Source of the DNA: a virus
Strand: one strand, 5' to 3'
Virus record (IMG/VR): IMGVR_UViG_3300029858_000001
Location: 27,123-91,122 of that record
Length of the DNA stretch: 64,000 bases
How positions within the stretch are numbered: the first letter of the stretch is position 1; each line of letters starts with the position of its first letter. This document shows positions 50,903 to 62,642 of this stretch, piece by piece. The notes beneath the pieces were generated by a model that did no database searches, was not told the origin of the DNA, and saw only the letters and a list, made by a program, of their open reading frames with translations. Position numbers and translations under genes: made by a program.

Positions 50903-52111
50903 ATGTCTTTCTCTCAAGAACTTATTGATAAATATGCTCCTGAAGCCGAGTGTATTCAAGCAATGAAAATTTGGAAACTTCCTGATGGAAAAGAAAATAT
51001 GTTTCCAGAAATGTGTATTAATGGGAATTATTTTGCCGAATTAAAAAAAGATGGATATTGGTATGAGTTTGAAAAAACTAATAATCATATGTATCTTTTC
51101 AGTAGGAATGTCAGTAAAAATACTGGTATTCTTACTGAAAAATTAGCAAATGTTCCTCATATCAAAGAAGCTTTGCAAGTTGTCCCAAAAGGAACAATAT
51201 TAATTGGTGAAATTTATTATCCAGGTAAAACGTCTAAAGACGTAACACGAGTAATGGGTTGTTTAGCTGATGAAGCTATTAACCGCCAAAAAGATAATCC
51301 AGTTCATTTTTATTTACATGATGTAATTAAATATAATGGAATAGATTTACAATCTTATGGCGCGTTAACTCGTTATAAGATTTTACGAAAAATTTGGGAA
51401 AAATTTAATTTTAGTCAATATTCTTTTATGGAATTAGCTGAAGCAGTATATGAAGATATTTATGATTTTACTGCACAAGCTCTTAAAGACGGAGAAGAAG
51501 GCGTTGTTCTTAAATTAAAAACAGCTCAATATGCTCCTGATAAAAGACCAGCTTGGTCGTCTATTAAAATTAAAAAAATTGATTATCTTGATGCGATTCT
51601 TATTGGTTTTGATGATGCGACTAAAGAATATGAAGGTAAAGAAATTCAGAGTTGGCAATATTGGGAAGTAAAAGAACCAAGTTTTTATGATTGTTTTGAA
51701 GAAGATCATTGTTTTGCTGGTTGGGTTAATCCTCAATTATTAAGTGGTAATTATTATTATAAATATACTCAAAATCGTAGTAATACGAATTGGGGACCTC
51801 AATTAGTAAATGATGATGAAAGATATTATACACCAGTTACTAAAGGATATTTTTATGGATGGAAAACTGCAATTCATATTGGAGCTTATAATGACAATGG
51901 TGAAATTGTAAAAATTGGAACAGTTTCTTCAGGATTAACTGATGAATTACGCGATGATTTTGCAAAACATCCTGAAAAGTATCTTAATAGAGTAGTTTCT
52001 TTACAATGTATGGAAAAAGACAGTAAGGAACATACATTACGTCATGCTTTCTTTAAGGGATTTCGTGATGATAAAAATCCACAGGATTGTTTATTGAATA
52101 CAATATTTTGA
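50903..52111 (+). CDS. ATP-dependent DNA (or RNA) ligase, nucleotidyltransferase superfamily
   Basis: Motif I AELKKDGYW (KxDG), motif IV GEEGVVLK, motif V SIKIKK. The deviant residue after KxDG leaves DNA versus RNA ligase open. Confidence 0.6.
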   Translation: MSFSQELIDKYAPEAECIQAMKIWKLPDGKENMFPEMCINGNYFAELKKDGYWYEFEKTNNHMYLFSRNVSKNTGILTEKLANVPHIKEALQVVPKGTILIGEIYYPGKTSKDVTRVMGCLADEAINRQKDNPVHFYLHDVIKYNGIDLQSYGALTRYKILRKIWEKFNFSQYSFMELAEAVYEDIYDFTAQALKDGEEGVVLKLKTAQYAPDKRPAWSSIKIKKIDYLDAILIGFDDATKEYEGKEIQSWQYWEVKEPSFYDCFEEDHCFAGWVNPQLLSGNYYYKYTQNRSNTNWGPQLVNDDERYYTPVTKGYFYGWKTAIHIGAYNDNGEIVKIGTVSSGLTDELRDDFAKHPEKYLNRVVSLQCMEKDSKEHTLRHAFFKGFRDDKNPQDCLLNTIF

Positions 52112-52155
52112 CAAAGTTCAAAAAAAATAATATAATATATTCGTAAATAAGGAAG
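52112..52155 (+). promoter_or_regulatory. Conserved promoter motif (TTGACAAAGTTCAAAAAAAATAATATAATATATTCG)
   Basis: TTGACA, 17 nt, TATAAT. Confidence 0.55.
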
Positions 52156-52169
52156 AAAAATTTTTCTAT

Positions 52170-52361
52170 ATGAAAAGAAAAGAGCTAAAAAATTTAGCTA
52201 ATAAAATTGCTAAATTAGAATAGATAATTTAGCGTAATGAAGACCCGAAGCAAGTTCAGCAAGCAAAAGATGAAATTATGAAACTTTCAGGCCATGTAGA
52301 TAGTTTGGAAGATATTATGCTTATGGATGAACTTATTTAGGATATTCTAAAAAATTCTTGA
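52170..52361 (+). CDS. Small hypothetical protein (63 aa, four TAGs)
   Basis: ATG lies about 25 nt after the promoter motif and the frame is open to TGA. A second promoter motif follows at 52362-52400. Confidence 0.3.
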
Positions 52362-52462
52362 TTTTAAAAAAATTTTTTAGTAGAATATTTACATAAGCTA
52401 AATGCTTAAAAAAGAAAAAACAATAAAAATAAAAAAAATATTTAAGGAGATTATTATTTATT

Positions 52463-52729
52463 ATGATGAAGGAAAATACTAAGAAAGTTTTTAGTTATCT
52501 AAAGAGTGTTAATGGTGAATAGGTCACCGCTGCTGATGTTGCTGAGGCTCTCGGTCTTGAGAAGCGTACTGTTGATGGCATCTTTACTTCTGCTATTCAG
52601 CGCAAGGGCTTTGGCGTTCGTACCCCTGCTGAGGTTGAACTTGATGATGGCACCCATAAGGCTGTAAAGTTCCTCTCTCTTACTGAAGCTGGTCTTGCTC
52701 TTGACCTTGACGCAGAAGACGCTGAGTAA
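52463..52729 (+). CDS. Putative DNA-binding protein (winged helix), GC-richer
   Basis: RBS AAGGAG. One TAG. VTAADVAEALGLEKRTVDGIFTSAIQRKGF is an HTH-like segment. Confidence 0.4.
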
Positions 52730-52781
52730 TTTAATATAAAATTTAAAAGGACAAAGTAATTTGCCCTTTTTCTTTTTAGAT

Positions 52782-53780
52782 ATGACTGTAATTTATTGCG
52801 TAATATGTTTTCTTCTTGGTGCTGGTCTTTTATATTTAGGACTGCGTAATAAATTAAAAGCCACAATTGAATTAGATACTCAAACAAGAGAAGAAAACAC
52901 AAAAATCATTGAAGAAAGTCGAAGACTCCTTCAAGCTCAAAATTAGTTAAATGAAAAAATCTCTAATTTAAATAATGATTATAATTCATTAATAAAAGAA
53001 ATAGATTTTTTAAAAGATAAAAAGAAAATTCTCGATGATAATTATTAGCAAGCAAGTTTAAATGCTGAAATGTATTGCCAAAAGGCTAATGAATTAGCTT
53101 CTGAAAAACTCGCTTAGTCCGCTGAATAGATGGCATAGAAATACCAATAGGCAGAAGATAATTATCAACAAGAGTATTTGAAAGCTATTGAAGAAAGCAC
53201 AAAAGAATATACTAATTTAATTATTCAAAAATAGGAAGAATTAAATAAAATATCTCAAGAATTAGTAGAAGCAAAAGCAAAACAAAATGCTATTGTTGAA
53301 GCTAATAAACGTGCTGAAGAAGTAAAACAAAAAGAATAGTTTTATAAACTTAATTTAAGTGAAATTGATATTGAAGAAATTAAAAAACTTCGTTCAATTA
53401 TTCCTTATTTAAGAAGTGCTGAACCAATTAATAAAGTTATTTGGAAAGTTTATTATGAAAAATCTTATACTGATTTAATTGGTCGAGTAATTGGTCAAGG
53501 TATCCATACTGGTATTTATAAAATTACTAATATAGAAAATCAAAAATGCTATATAGGTTAGGCAGTTAATATTGCTGACCGTTGGAAACAACATATAAAG
53601 CGTGGAGTTGGCGCAGAAGCACCAACTCGTAATAAACTTTATCCGGCTATGTATGAATTAGGACCGGAACAATTTACTTTTGAAATTCTTGAAGAATGTG
53701 ATAAATCTCTTTTAGATAGTCGAGAAGATTATTGGTAGGAATTTTATCAAGCAAAAGAATTTGGTTATAGTATTAAATAA
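52782..53780 (+). CDS. Membrane-anchored coiled-coil protein with C-terminal GIY-YIG nuclease domain
   Basis: N-terminal TM helix (VIYCVICFLLGAGLLYLGL) and a coiled-coil middle. C-terminal GIYKITNIENQKCYIG(Q)AVNIADRWKQH...LYPAMYELG. Frame-0 reading is continuous across about 12 TAGs. Confidence 0.55.
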
Positions 53781-53790
53781 GGAGAATAAA

Positions 53791-54072
53791 ATGTATAGAG
53801 TTATTGATAAACGTGGCTCTGGCAAAACAGGTAGATTATTTTTGATTGCTAAAGACACAGGAGCAACTATCGTATGTTCTAACCCTGCTATGATGTAGGA
53901 TAAAGCATTAAGATATGGATTTAAAGATTTAAATTTTATATCTTATGCTGATTTTGTTAATTGCTACAAAGGACGCGGCTATAGTCAGAAGTTTTTAATT
54001 GATGAAATTGAATTACTTGTTAAATGTCTTGGAAATGTAATTGGCTATTCTTTATCGGAGGATGAAAACTAA
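53791..54072 (+). CDS. Hypothetical protein
   Basis: RBS GGAGAATAAAATG. One TAG. TAA overlaps the next ATG. Confidence 0.4.
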
Positions 54073-54716
54073 TGACTATTGTAAGTAATGTTTGTATTTA
54101 TGATTTAGATAAATCAATTATTGCTGCTGGCTATCCTATGTCAGTAGACATTGAAAGCCAATAGGACAGAGATTTAAATGAAAATGATTTTAAACGTTGT
54201 AATACTCTTATTAATGCTTGTATAAAAGATAATCAAGCACATGGATAGTTTTTGACTGGTATTCGAGTTAATTTTGATTTAACTTGTTCTAATAAAATGT
54301 GGGTTGAAGCAGAGCGTTATAGATTCTTAGAATTTGTAAGTTCTCAATCCACAATGCATAGAATTACTAAATTTAATCTTGATGAAGCATACAATGAATA
54401 TGTTGATGATAGAATTATCAAGATTATGAAAGAAAAAGTTGATTATTATAATACTCAAGTAGCATTAAAAGAAAAATATGTTAAAGAGAATAAACCAGTT
54501 GAAGCCACAAGAATATCTGAATTATTAAAAAAGTTATATCTTGAGATTCTTTATTCTAATCCTGCTGGATTTACTTTAACGGCGCGTATGACAACAAATT
54601 ATCGTTGTTTAAGAAATATTTATAAACAGCGTAAAAATCATCGTCTCCCTGAATGGCGTGAATTCTGTAAGTGGATTGAAACACTCCCTTATGCACAAGA
54701 GTTATTGATTAATTAA
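54072..54716 (+). CDS. Hypothetical protein
   Basis: Reads through 2 TAGs into track ORF 54252-54716. Confidence 0.4.
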
Positions 54717-54721
54717 TTACT

Positions 54722-54770
54722 TTGAAAATTTATATAAAATATGATATAATATTTATATAAAAGAGTAGAA
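54722..54770 (+). promoter_or_regulatory. Conserved promoter motif (TTTGAAAATTTATATAAAATATGATATAATATTTATATAAAAGAG)
   Basis: Same motif family. Confidence 0.5.
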
Positions 54771-54788
54771 AGTGAGATTAAATAAAAA

Positions 54789-55151
54789 ATGAATAGAAAA
54801 CAAGCGTTTATTGATTTTGTAAATGACTTGATTAAAAATTGTAAATCTCCAATAGGAATGAGTGAAGATGCTGAATTCTATTGGAATTACCTTAAAAATA
54901 GTAATGATGATGAAATTAAAAGTCCTTTATTTACTGAAAATGGAAAACGTCTTTTGATTTGTCTCCAAGAGCATCCAGAAAAAGAAGCATGGAAGGCACG
55001 TGAAGTAGCTGATGAACTTGGTATTAGTTCTCGTAGTGTTTCTGGCGGAATGCGTAAATTAGTAAATGATGGATTTGTAGAAAAATTGAATGATAATCCA
55101 GTTGTTTATGCTATTACTAATAAAGGAAAAGAAATTACAATTGAAGAATAA
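54789..55151 (+). CDS. Winged-helix transcriptional regulator (MarR-like)
   Basis: AREVADELGISSRSVSGGMRKLVNDGFVEK. TAG-free. Confidence 0.5.
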   Translation: MNRKQAFIDFVNDLIKNCKSPIGMSEDAEFYWNYLKNSNDDEIKSPLFTENGKRLLICLQEHPEKEAWKAREVADELGISSRSVSGGMRKLVNDGFVEKLNDNPVVYAITNKGKEITIEE

Positions 55152-55170
55152 TTAAGGAGAAAAATATTAA

Positions 55171-56118
55171 ATGAAATTTGTTAATGAAACACATATTGAA
55201 GGTTATCTATATGAGCATAATCTGGAAATGAAGGAAAGCGGTCCTAATTCAAAAAACCCTGGTACTCCTTTTATTAGTGGTACTATTAGCATTGTTACTG
55301 ATAATGCTTTGACAAATGTACTGTAGGTTCATTTCACTTATGTAACTGAAACTACATCTAAGGGTAAAACTAATGCTACATTTACTACTCTTCGTAAGAT
55401 TATTGATGGTGAATATAACACAGTGATGGGCGATGGAGTTGAAAATGCAACTCGTATTCGTGTCGATTCTACTGTTGGTCTTAATGAGTTTTATGCTGAA
55501 CGCGATGGCAAGGAAGAGCTTGTAAGTATTAAGCGCAATGAGGGTGGATTCGTTCATGTCATGGTGAATGAACCATTTAATGAAAAAGAAATCGAACGTT
55601 GTAAGTTTAAGACTACAATGCTTATTACTAAAGCTGTCCGTACTGAAGCTAATCCTGAAAAGGAAACTCCTGAAAAAGTAACTATTAGTGGTTATGCTTT
55701 TGACTTCCGTAAAGCTCTTCTTCCTGTTTCTTATACAGTCCTCAATGAAGGCGGTATGAATTATTTTGAAGGCCTTGAAGCTTCTGAAAAGAATCCTGTC
55801 CTTACAGAAGTTTGGGGTAAGCAAGTTTCTAGAACTGTCGTAAAAAAGGTTACTAAAGAAAGTTCTTGGGGCGATGCTGAAGTTCAAGAATTTAAGAATA
55901 CTTATAAGGATTATGTAATTACTGGTTCTCAGAAAGAGCCTTTCGTATTTGATATGGAAGATACTTATACTTCTGAGGAACTTACTAAGGCAATTGCTGA
56001 TCGTGAGACTTATCTTGCTACTATTAAGCAGCGTAGAGATGAATATCTTGCTACTAAGAATAACGGTGGCACAAAACAGGCTACAGCTTCTAATGGAAAT
56101 GCAGGATTTAACTTCTAA
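55171..56118 (+). CDS. Hypothetical protein (possible ssDNA-binding protein)
   Basis: RBS AAGGAGA. One TAG (~55324) read through into track ORF 55423-56118. The function is a guess from its position beside the Sak4-like ATPase. Confidence 0.35.
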
Positions 56119-56269
56119 TAAATAGCCAAATAATGATGACCTCATTAGAGGTCATCGAGCTAAACTAAATATATATGATGACAGTTTATTAAATCAAGAA
56201 GAAATAAATGAAATTTTAAATAAATATTTTGAACAATTTGATTTAGAAAAAAAAGGAGAAAATTAAATA

Positions 56270-57253
56270 ATGGCTATTGACCTTTTAAAAATTTAGCCTC
56301 ATAAGGTTAGTAAAGATTTAGGCGGATATATTACTTTTATTTATGGTAAACCTAAGACTGGTAAGACTACTTTAGCTACTTAGATGCCTAAGTCCCTTTT
56401 GTTAGCATTTGAACAAGGTTATAACTGCTTACCCGGTGTAATGGCGGCAGATATTACTTCTTGGACTGAAATGAAGCAGGTTTATCGTGATCTTAAGCGT
56501 CCAGAAGTAAAGGAAGCCTATGATGCAATTATTGTTGATACTATTGATGAAGCAGCAAAATATTGTGAAAAATATATTTGTAATCAAAATGGTATTGAAT
56601 CTTTGGGTGACCTGGGTTATGGCAAGGGTTGGATTAAATTTAAGGATGAATTCAATGAAGTATTCCGTGGCTTAACTCGTCTTGGTTATGCTGTTTTCTT
56701 CTTAGGCCATGAGAAGGAACAAACTATTAATCGTCCTGATGGAACTGAAGCAAATATTATTAGACCTAGTTTGTCTCAGTCTACTCGAACTGTTATTACT
56801 GGTATGGCTGATATTTATGGTTATGCTCATCAAAAGGGTCCAGGCCAAATGTCAGTATTGACTCTTCGTTCTGGCACTGATGCTATTGATTGTGGTGGCC
56901 GTTTTAAATATATTGAGCCTGAAATTCCTATGAGTTATGAAAACCTCGTAAATGCTATTCATACTGCTATTGACAAGGAAGCTGAAGAAACTAAGGGTAA
57001 ATTTGTCACTGATGAAAAAATGACAGTTGCTCCTGAAGCTCCTACTTATGATTATGAGGGTCTTATGAATGAGTTCCAGCAAATTGCAAGCGAACTCATG
57101 GCGAAGAATTCTGAATATTATGCTCCACGTGTTACTAAGATTGTTGAAAAGTATCTTGGTAAAGGTAAGAAGATTTCGGAAACTTCTATTGACCAAGCTG
57201 AATTTGTAAGCCTTATTATTGATGATATTAAGGATGAACTTATGAATAAATAA
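56270..57253 (+). CDS. RecA-fold AAA_24/Sak4-like recombination ATPase
   Basis: Walker A GKPKTGKTTLA and Walker B AIIVDTIDE. Two TAGs read through into track ORF 56384-57253. Confidence 0.6.
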
Positions 57254-57258
57254 TTATT

Positions 57259-57289
57259 AACCCAGAGGAAACTCTGGGTTGATTTTTTA
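57259..57289 (+). terminator. Rho-independent terminator
   Basis: AACCCAGAGGAAACTCTGGGTT then GATTTTTTAT. Confidence 0.75.
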
Positions 57290-57337
57290 TCTATTTTTTA
57301 GTATAATATTTATAGAAATTATAATGTTTGGTGGTGA

Positions 57338-57859
57338 GAACCAATAGCACATAATGTAAAGTGTTTATATTGTGGAAAAACTTTTGATAGAGATAAATAT
57401 CCGTTTGTTCAAGTAAGTTCTAAACGTTATGCTCATCCTGAATGTGCAGAGCATAAAGAAGAAGTAATGAATAAAGAGGATTTAGATAAAATGAAATTAG
57501 AATAGTATATTAATCAATTATTTCATACTGATTATGTAGACCCTCGTATTCAAAAACAAATTAAAAATTATATTAAAGAATATAATTTTACTTATAGTGG
57601 AATTTTAAAATCGTTAGTTTATTTCTATGAAGTAAAACAAAATCCAGTAGAGAAATCAAATGATGGTATTGGTATAGTGCCTTGGGTTTATAAGCAAGCA
57701 TTTAATTATTATTACGCTATTTGGTTGGCTCAACAAAAAAATACTAATAAAACAGTTGAGAATTATATTCCAAAAGAAACAGAAATAGTAATACCACGGC
57801 CTAAACCTAAGCCTTATCGAAAACATCTGTTTTCTTTTTTGGATGATAGGGAGGATTAA
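57338..57859 (+). CDS. Zn-finger-like hypothetical protein; 5' end unresolved (no in-frame ATG/GTG/TTG; possible frameshift from ATG 57324)
   Basis: Frame-2 reading is open from 57338 (KCLYCGKTFDRDKYPF...HPECAEH) into track ORF 57677-57859. The promoter-proximal ATG at 57324 is in frame 0 and hits TAA after 11 codons. Confidence 0.35.
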
Positions 57860-59391
57860 TGGCTTCAAAATATATTGATACAACAGCCATTATTTAGACA
57901 ATTGGTTGTGTATATAACAATCCTAAATTATTAGATTATACTGATAAATATATTATTACTGAAGATGATTTTGATAATGATTTTCATAAGATAGTATATG
58001 GATCAATATATAAACTACATGAACTCGGCGCAGAAAGTATCACTTTAGATGCGATTGGAGATTTTTTAAGCACTCGACCAAAATATCAAGCTATTTATGA
58101 AGCTCAAAAAGGGAATAAATGGATTCAAGAAGCTAGCTTGCATAGTGATAATACCACATTCGATTATTATTATGGTCGTCTAAAAAAAATGTCATTACTT
58201 AGAGCTTATGATAGATATGGTTTTGATGTAAGCGATATTTATGATCCTGACAATATTTTAGACACTAAAAAACGACAGCTTCAAGAAGAATGGCTAGATA
58301 ATGCTTCACTAGAAAAAATTGCTCAACGTATTGATGATAAAATTGAAGAAATTAAATATCAATATGTCGCTGAAATGGAAAATGATGCTTATTAGGCCGG
58401 CAATAATATTGATGAATTAATTGACAATCTTTTAGAACATCCTGAAGTTGGTGCTCCATTATTTGGTCCATTAATTAATACAGTTACTCGTGGTGCAAGA
58501 TTAAATAAATTTTATCTACGTTCAGCAGCAACTGGTGTAGGTAAATCTCGTAGTATGATTGCTGATGCTTGTTATCTTTCTTGTGAAAAATATTATCAAG
58601 AAGGAATTGGATGGATTAAATCTGGCGGCGGAGGAGAACCTGTTTTATTTATTTCTACTGAGCAAACTAAAGATGAAATTCAAACTATGATGTTAGCATT
58701 TTTATCTAATGTAAATGAAGACCATATTCTAAATGGTAAATATGTTGGTGATGAATTAGCCCGAGTAAGAGAAGCTGCACAGTATCTTCGTAAAGCTAAT
58801 TTATTTGTTGTTGAAATGCCAGATTTTTCTTTACGCGACGTAGAAAATGTTATTAAGAAAAATATCCGTGATCATGGAGTTAAATATGTATTCCATGATT
58901 ATATTCATACAAGTATGAAAATTCTTGAAGAAATTAGTAAGCGTAGTGGTGGTGTAAAATTAAGAGAAGATAATATTCTTTTTATGCTTTCTACTCGTTT
59001 AAAAGATATTTGTAATCAATACGGTATTTTTATTATGTCTGCTACATAGCTAAATGCTGATTATCAGTATAGTGAAACGCCAGATCAAAATGTTCTACGT
59101 GGATCAAAAGCAATTGCTGATAAAATTGATGTAGGTATGCTTCTTCTTCAAGCTCGTGATAATGATTATCAATCATTAGAAAAAATACTTGAAACAAATA
59201 CATTTGAACGTCCAACAATAAAATTATCAGTATATAAAAATCGTCGAGGAAAATATAAAGGAATTTATCTTTGGTGTAAAGCTGATTTAGGTTGTTGTCG
59301 TATTATTCCAATCTTCTGTACTGATTGGAGTTATGAATTAGTAGATATGGAAAATGTAAAAATTAGAATTGCTGAAGACAGCGCATTTTAA
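57859..59391 (+). CDS. Replicative DNA helicase (DnaB-like, SF4)
   Basis: Walker A AATGVGKS, FISTEQT. Frame-1 reading joins track ORFs 58138, 58555 and 59137 across 3 TAGs. Confidence 0.7.
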
Positions 59392-59403
59392 GGAGATTAA
59401 ATT

Positions 59404-59586
59404 ATGTTTGAAAAAAAGATTATGAATGGAACTATTGAATATAAAATGCCAAAAGAAATGGCAGCAATGTATTTAAAAACTGCTAAAGGAGACTTTGCAA
59501 AGAAACATCCAAGAGAATATCTTATTAAAGTAGTTAATGAAGAATTTGGTGTTAAAGGCACTTGTGTCAATGTAATTACATTCTAA
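59404..59586 (+). CDS. Hypothetical protein
   Basis: RBS AAGGAGA. Complete ORF. Confidence 0.45.
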   Translation: MFEKKIMNGTIEYKMPKEMAAMYLKTAKGDFAKKHPREYLIKVVNEEFGVKGTCVNVITF

Positions 59587-59771
59587 TGAAAGATATAGTT
59601 ATTTGTAAAAATCCAATTACTGGTAAATTTGTAAGTGGATATAAAGTTATTATAAGAGCTAAAGATTTTAAAGCAATTTATGGAAAATCTAATGTTCCAT
59701 TTATATTTACTTATGAACCAAATTATATTGATAAAAATTTTTTTAATGCACTAATTTATGGCATAAAATGA
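59586..59771 (+). CDS. Hypothetical protein
   Basis: ATG overlaps the upstream TAA (TAATG). Confidence 0.4.
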   Translation: MKDIVICKNPITGKFVSGYKVIIRAKDFKAIYGKSNVPFIFTYEPNYIDKNFFNALIYGIK

Positions 59772-60871
59772 TTAACTATGATAAAACAGAAATAAAAAAT
59801 AATTTAACTTTAGACAATATTTTTGAATTACTAAATATTTGGGGCGGCAATCCTGAATATAGTGAATTTGGTATTCTTTCTGAAACTATTTGTCATAATG
59901 AACCAGGAGTAGGAAGTAAAAAACTTTATTACTATTCAAATAGTCAATTATTTAAATGCTATACTGGCTGTGATGATATATTTGATATATTTGAATTAGT
60001 AATTAAAGTAGCTTATATCCAATCTAATAAAGAATATGACTTAAATGATGCAGTTCGTTGGATAGCTAATTATTTTGGAATCGCCGGTTCAGTTGAAGAA
60101 GATGCTGAAAAGCTAGGATTAGAAGACTGGAAAATTTTAGCTAATTATGATAAAAATAATATAGAAGAAAATTTAAATGCTAAAGTTGAATTAAAAATTT
60201 ATGATAGCCAAATTTTAAGTAGATTTAATTATAATATAAAATTAACTCCGTGGTTAAAAGAAGGAATAAGCCAAGAGGCAATAGACCAAGCAATGATTGG
60301 TTATTACCCTGGCGGTGATGCAATTACAATCCCTCATTTTAGCATAGATGGAGATTTTATAGGTCTAAGAGGAAGAGTGTTGGGAAAAGAAGAAGCATTA
60401 TTATATGGTAAATATAGACCATTAAAAATTAATAAGATTCTTTATTCTCATCCTCTTGGCATGAATTTATATAATTTAAATAATAGTAAAGCAAATATAA
60501 ACAGAACAGGAAAAGCAATAATAGTAGAAGGAGAAAAAAGCTGTCTACAATTTTAGAGCTACTTCGGGTTTGAAAATGATATAACAGTAGCTTGTTGTGG
60601 TAGTAGTGTATCAGCACAACAAATGAAATTGTTAGAACAAGTCGGTGCGAAAGATATTATTATTGCTTTTGATAGACAATTTCAAAAAATAGGTGATGAA
60701 GAATTTTATCATTTAAAAAATAACTTATTAAAAATAAAAGCTAAGTATGGAAATTACTTTAATATATCTTTTATTTTTGATAAAAATATGCTTACTAATT
60801 ATAAGGATAGTCCAACTGATAAAGGACCAGAATTATTTCTTAAATTATATAAAGAACGAATAATTATATAA
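59768..60871 (+). CDS. DNA primase (CHC2 zinc finger + TOPRIM, DnaG-like)
   Basis: CHNEPGVGSKKLYYY..FKCYTGC zinc finger. TOPRIM AIIVEGEKSCLQF .. IIIAFDRQ. One TAG (60554) joins track ORFs 59768 and 60623. Confidence 0.7.
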
Positions 60872-60882
60872 GGAGTAAGTAT

Positions 60883-62625
60883 ATGAATTATAAATTAATT
60901 AATGATACACAAAAAACTCCATTAGAAACAATAATGAATAACCGTGGGATTAAGACTGAAGATATTTAGCATTTTCTTAATCCCACTCAATCCGATGTAT
61001 ATCCTAACAAGTTATTAAATAACATGGAATAGGGAATTAAGTTATTATTAAAACATATTAAATAGAATAATAAAATTTTTATTTAGGTCGATGCTGATTG
61101 TGATGGTTATACATCCTCGGCATTATTAATTAATTATCTATATAATTTATTTCCTTATTATGTATCTAATAATGTTTATTATAGAGTTCACACGCAGAAA
61201 ACTCATGGTATTATTTTAGATACTATTCCAGAAGATACCAAGTTGGTAATAATCCCTGATGCTGGAAGTAATTAGTATAATGAACATAAGGCACTTTATG
61301 ATAAGGGTATTGATATATTAATTTTAGACCATCACGAAGTAGATAAAATATCTCCTTATGCTTGTACAATTAATAATCAATTAGATAATTACCCTAATAA
61401 AGCGTTATCAGGCGTTGCAATAGTATATAAATTTTGTAATGCTATTGATGAAATTATAAATACTAATTACTCAAATAAATATTTAGATTTAGTGGCTCTT
61501 GGATTAATCGGAGATATGATGGATAGTAGACCTTATGAAACTCGTTATTTTATCAATCAAGGTTTAAAAAATCCTCAAAATCCTTATATTAAAGGCATGA
61601 TGGAAAAAAATAAATTTAAATTAAAAGAAACTTTAACTCCTATGGGCGTCGCTTTCTATATTGCTCCACTTATTAACGCAGTAACACGTGTTGGAGAAAC
61701 TGATGAACGACAAGTTGTATTTTAGAGTATGTTGGATTTTCTTGCTTATGATTTAATTCCATCAACTAAAAGAGGATGTAAAGGATAGGCAGAAACTATC
61801 GTAGAACAAGCATGCCGAATAAGTGGTAATGTAAAAACGCGATAGACTAAGATTCGTGATACTAACGTTGAAATAATTGAAAAATTAATCGAAGAACAAG
61901 GTTTATTAAATGATTAGATTTTAGTTGTTTAGTTGGAGAAAAAGTATGAGGTAAATAAAAATTTAACTGGATTAATTGCAAATGAATTTGCAAATAGATT
62001 TTAGAAGCCAACTCTTATACTTAATGAAGTAATTGAAAATGGAATTAAATACTGGGAAGGATCAGGTCGTGGGTATGAATTTTTTGAACCTATAAAAGAT
62101 TTTAAGGCTTATCTTAACTCTACTGGATATTTTGAATTTGCAGAAGGTCATTAGGGAGCTTTTGGTGCAAAAATTGCAGATAGTAATATAAGAAAATTTA
62201 TAACAGATACAAATAGTAAATTGTATGGCTATGATGGTTAGCCAGTTTATTTAGCTGATTATATTTTTGATAGTAATAATATTGATATAAATACTATATT
62301 AGAAATACCAGAATTTGAACCTTTATGGGGATAGAATTTTAAAGAACCATATGTAGTTATTAAAAATTTAAAACTTACAAATAATAATGTAATCTATTAT
62401 CCTAAAGAGACTACTGGAACGTTAAAGATTAAATTGCCGAATGATTTGGATTTAATTAAATTTAATGTTAATCAAGAAGAGTATAATAATTTACATAGTG
62501 ATACAGGATGTATTATTATTGATATTATAGGTACTTGTAAAATAAATGAATTTTTAGGAAAAACTAACCCAGAAATTTTTATTACTGATTATCATATTAC
62601 TAAAAATGTAAAATATTATTTTTAA
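60883..62625 (+). CDS. RecJ-like DHH-family ssDNA exonuclease
   Basis: DHH motifs VDADCDGYTSSAL and ILDHHE. Frame-1 reading is continuous across about 14 TAGs, joining track ORFs 61492 and 62434. Confidence 0.65.
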
Positions 62626-62642
62626 TAGATAGAGAGAAAAAT

